From: Callorhinchus milii
Taxonomy: Eukaryota
Direction: 5' to 3'
Length of the DNA stretch: 64,000 nt
Assembly (NCBI RefSeq): GCF_018977255.1
Contig: NW_024704742.1
Location: forward strand, 39,744,001-39,808,000
Under the pieces are notes generated by a model. The model saw only the letters and a program-made list of their open reading frames with translations, made no database searches and was not told the origin of the DNA. The translations under genes and the position numbers were made by a program. This document shows positions 62,672 through 64,000 of the stretch, one piece after another (positions within the stretch are counted from its first letter, which is position 1; each line of letters opens with the position of its first letter).

Positions 62672-63043
62672 GGAGTTGTGTAGCTCAGTAGTTAGAGCAC
62701 TCGCCTCGCAAATGAGAAACCTGGGTTCGATTCCCGACAGGGCGAAACATTAGGCAAGTTTCCTTACTCCACAATGTTTACCTATCAGTAAGTGGGAACC
62801 CTGTCGTTAGTTGATTGGTGTATCGCTTTTCCGTGGGTAATAAATTCCTTAAAATAAATAATAATAAAAAATTGGTCACTCAATCCACGACTGTTTGTGG
62901 AACACTGCTGTGTGCAATTGGCTGCCGCGTTTCATCCACAAAATATACAGTCAATTCACTTTACAATATATTCTGTGAAGCGCTTTTAGACGTCTTGAAG
63001 ACGTGATAAGGGCTATATCAAATGCAATGATTATTATTATTAT
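62672..63043 (+). mobile_element. Full-length tRNA-derived SINE (long variant)
   Basis: Intact B box gggttcgattcc; extra segment gtttacctatcagtaagtgggaacc..; (tta)n tail. Confidence 0.92.
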
Positions 63044-63399
63044 GATGATGTCTCAAATGGTTAATACCTCAAAGCACCTACAAAGTAAGAAGCCTATTAG
63101 CTTTGGTAATCAGGACTGCAATGACAGCCACACAACAAAGTGGTAGTCCAGCAAGGAACACAATTGAGAAAATATTTACATCATAATGTATCATCAGTGA
63201 GTCAAATGGGCTGGACAATCGTCAATTATACCTTCACTAGCACACCTTCTTGGAATCAGTTTAGCGATCCCACTCACCTTTCCCATTTTGTTTTCCCTCT
63301 GTTTTATTTTTAATCCATCTTGTCCACACTCAGCTGGAATAATGGGTCTAAAATGTATTGATCTGAAACAAGTGTTTTACCTTAGGAGTAGTATAATAC

Positions 63400-63660
63400 A
63401 ATACAATAATAATCATAATTGCATTTGAATTTTTACCTCGTCTTGAAAGGTTCCACAAAGAGCCAAAGAGTGAATAATCATTTTTCTTAATCAGGAGTAC
63501 AGTCGGCCAGGACAATGAGAGAAACTCCTTTATCTGTTCGAAAATCCTCTTAAATTCCATCTGAACAAGCAGCCAGGACCTTGGTTTAATGTTTCATTAG
63601 AAGGATAGCACTTCCGATATTGCAACCCTCTCGCAGCCCTGTATTAGAGTATTAGATGCT
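63400..63660 (-). mobile_element. Old Deu-SINE
   Basis: ggccaggacaatgagagaaactcc; catctgaacaagc; ttggtttaatgtttcattagaagg. Confidence 0.6.
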
Positions 63661-64000
63661 AGGAATATGAGTGAGGACTTTCAGTAACCAAAAGAATGTC
63701 ATGTAAGTTTTGCTAACGCACAGGAACTTTGCATGGAATTTTGTATTGTAGTGAAGGAGAGTTGGCATTTCATACTTCTGGATTCTTTAAGAAAATTCCA
63801 TTTGAAATTTTTTTGTGCACAAATCTATTTTTACTGTGTTCTGATGTAATCTTTCTCACACTTTCTATGATACAATCTATGTAATATATCCAGAGTTCAG
63901 TCAAACTGAATCAAATTGGAATCTTGCTGCCCAAGTAATGTTGAGGAAGCAGTTTCAGAAGCAATGTGATCTGCAACATTGCAGGGAAAAAATAAAATGG

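Noticed and set aside
1..64000. CRISPR array, prokaryotic operon, or LTR/ERV element
   Set aside because: No regularly spaced repeats, no dense gene structure, and no LTR pair or gag/int/env motifs seen.

Overview
Vertebrate nuclear DNA, almost certainly from a cartilaginous fish. The repeat landscape resembles that of chimaera/elephant shark: C-rich L2-clade LINEs with (TTG)n tails, CR1-clade LINEs with octamer-type tails, a young tRNA-derived SINE with (TTA)n tails, and older Deu-domain SINEs. The taxon is inferred from repeats alone. No host protein-coding exon could be identified with confidence, and every ORF with a recognisable protein motif is transposon-derived. The window looks like a large intron or intergenic region; weak signs point to a minus-strand host gene. 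Best-supported notable items: (1) a canonical 216-bp non-autonomous Helitron; (2) a 2.5-kb L2 derivative with a candidate TSD whose 744-aa ORF keeps most of the endonuclease but has an in-frame deletion of the RT core, with a CpG-rich leader; (3) a 3.1-kb L2 block whose ends are defined by a paralogous empty site nearby; (4) a decayed PIF/Harbinger transposase; (5) two families of old palindromic elements and an unclassified ~80-bp repeat seen four times on one strand; (6) a repeat-depleted island at about 24.0-25.6 kb with a candidate 46-nt minus-strand exon behind a ~130-nt AG-free zone. Boundaries of old repeats are approximate (read by eye).
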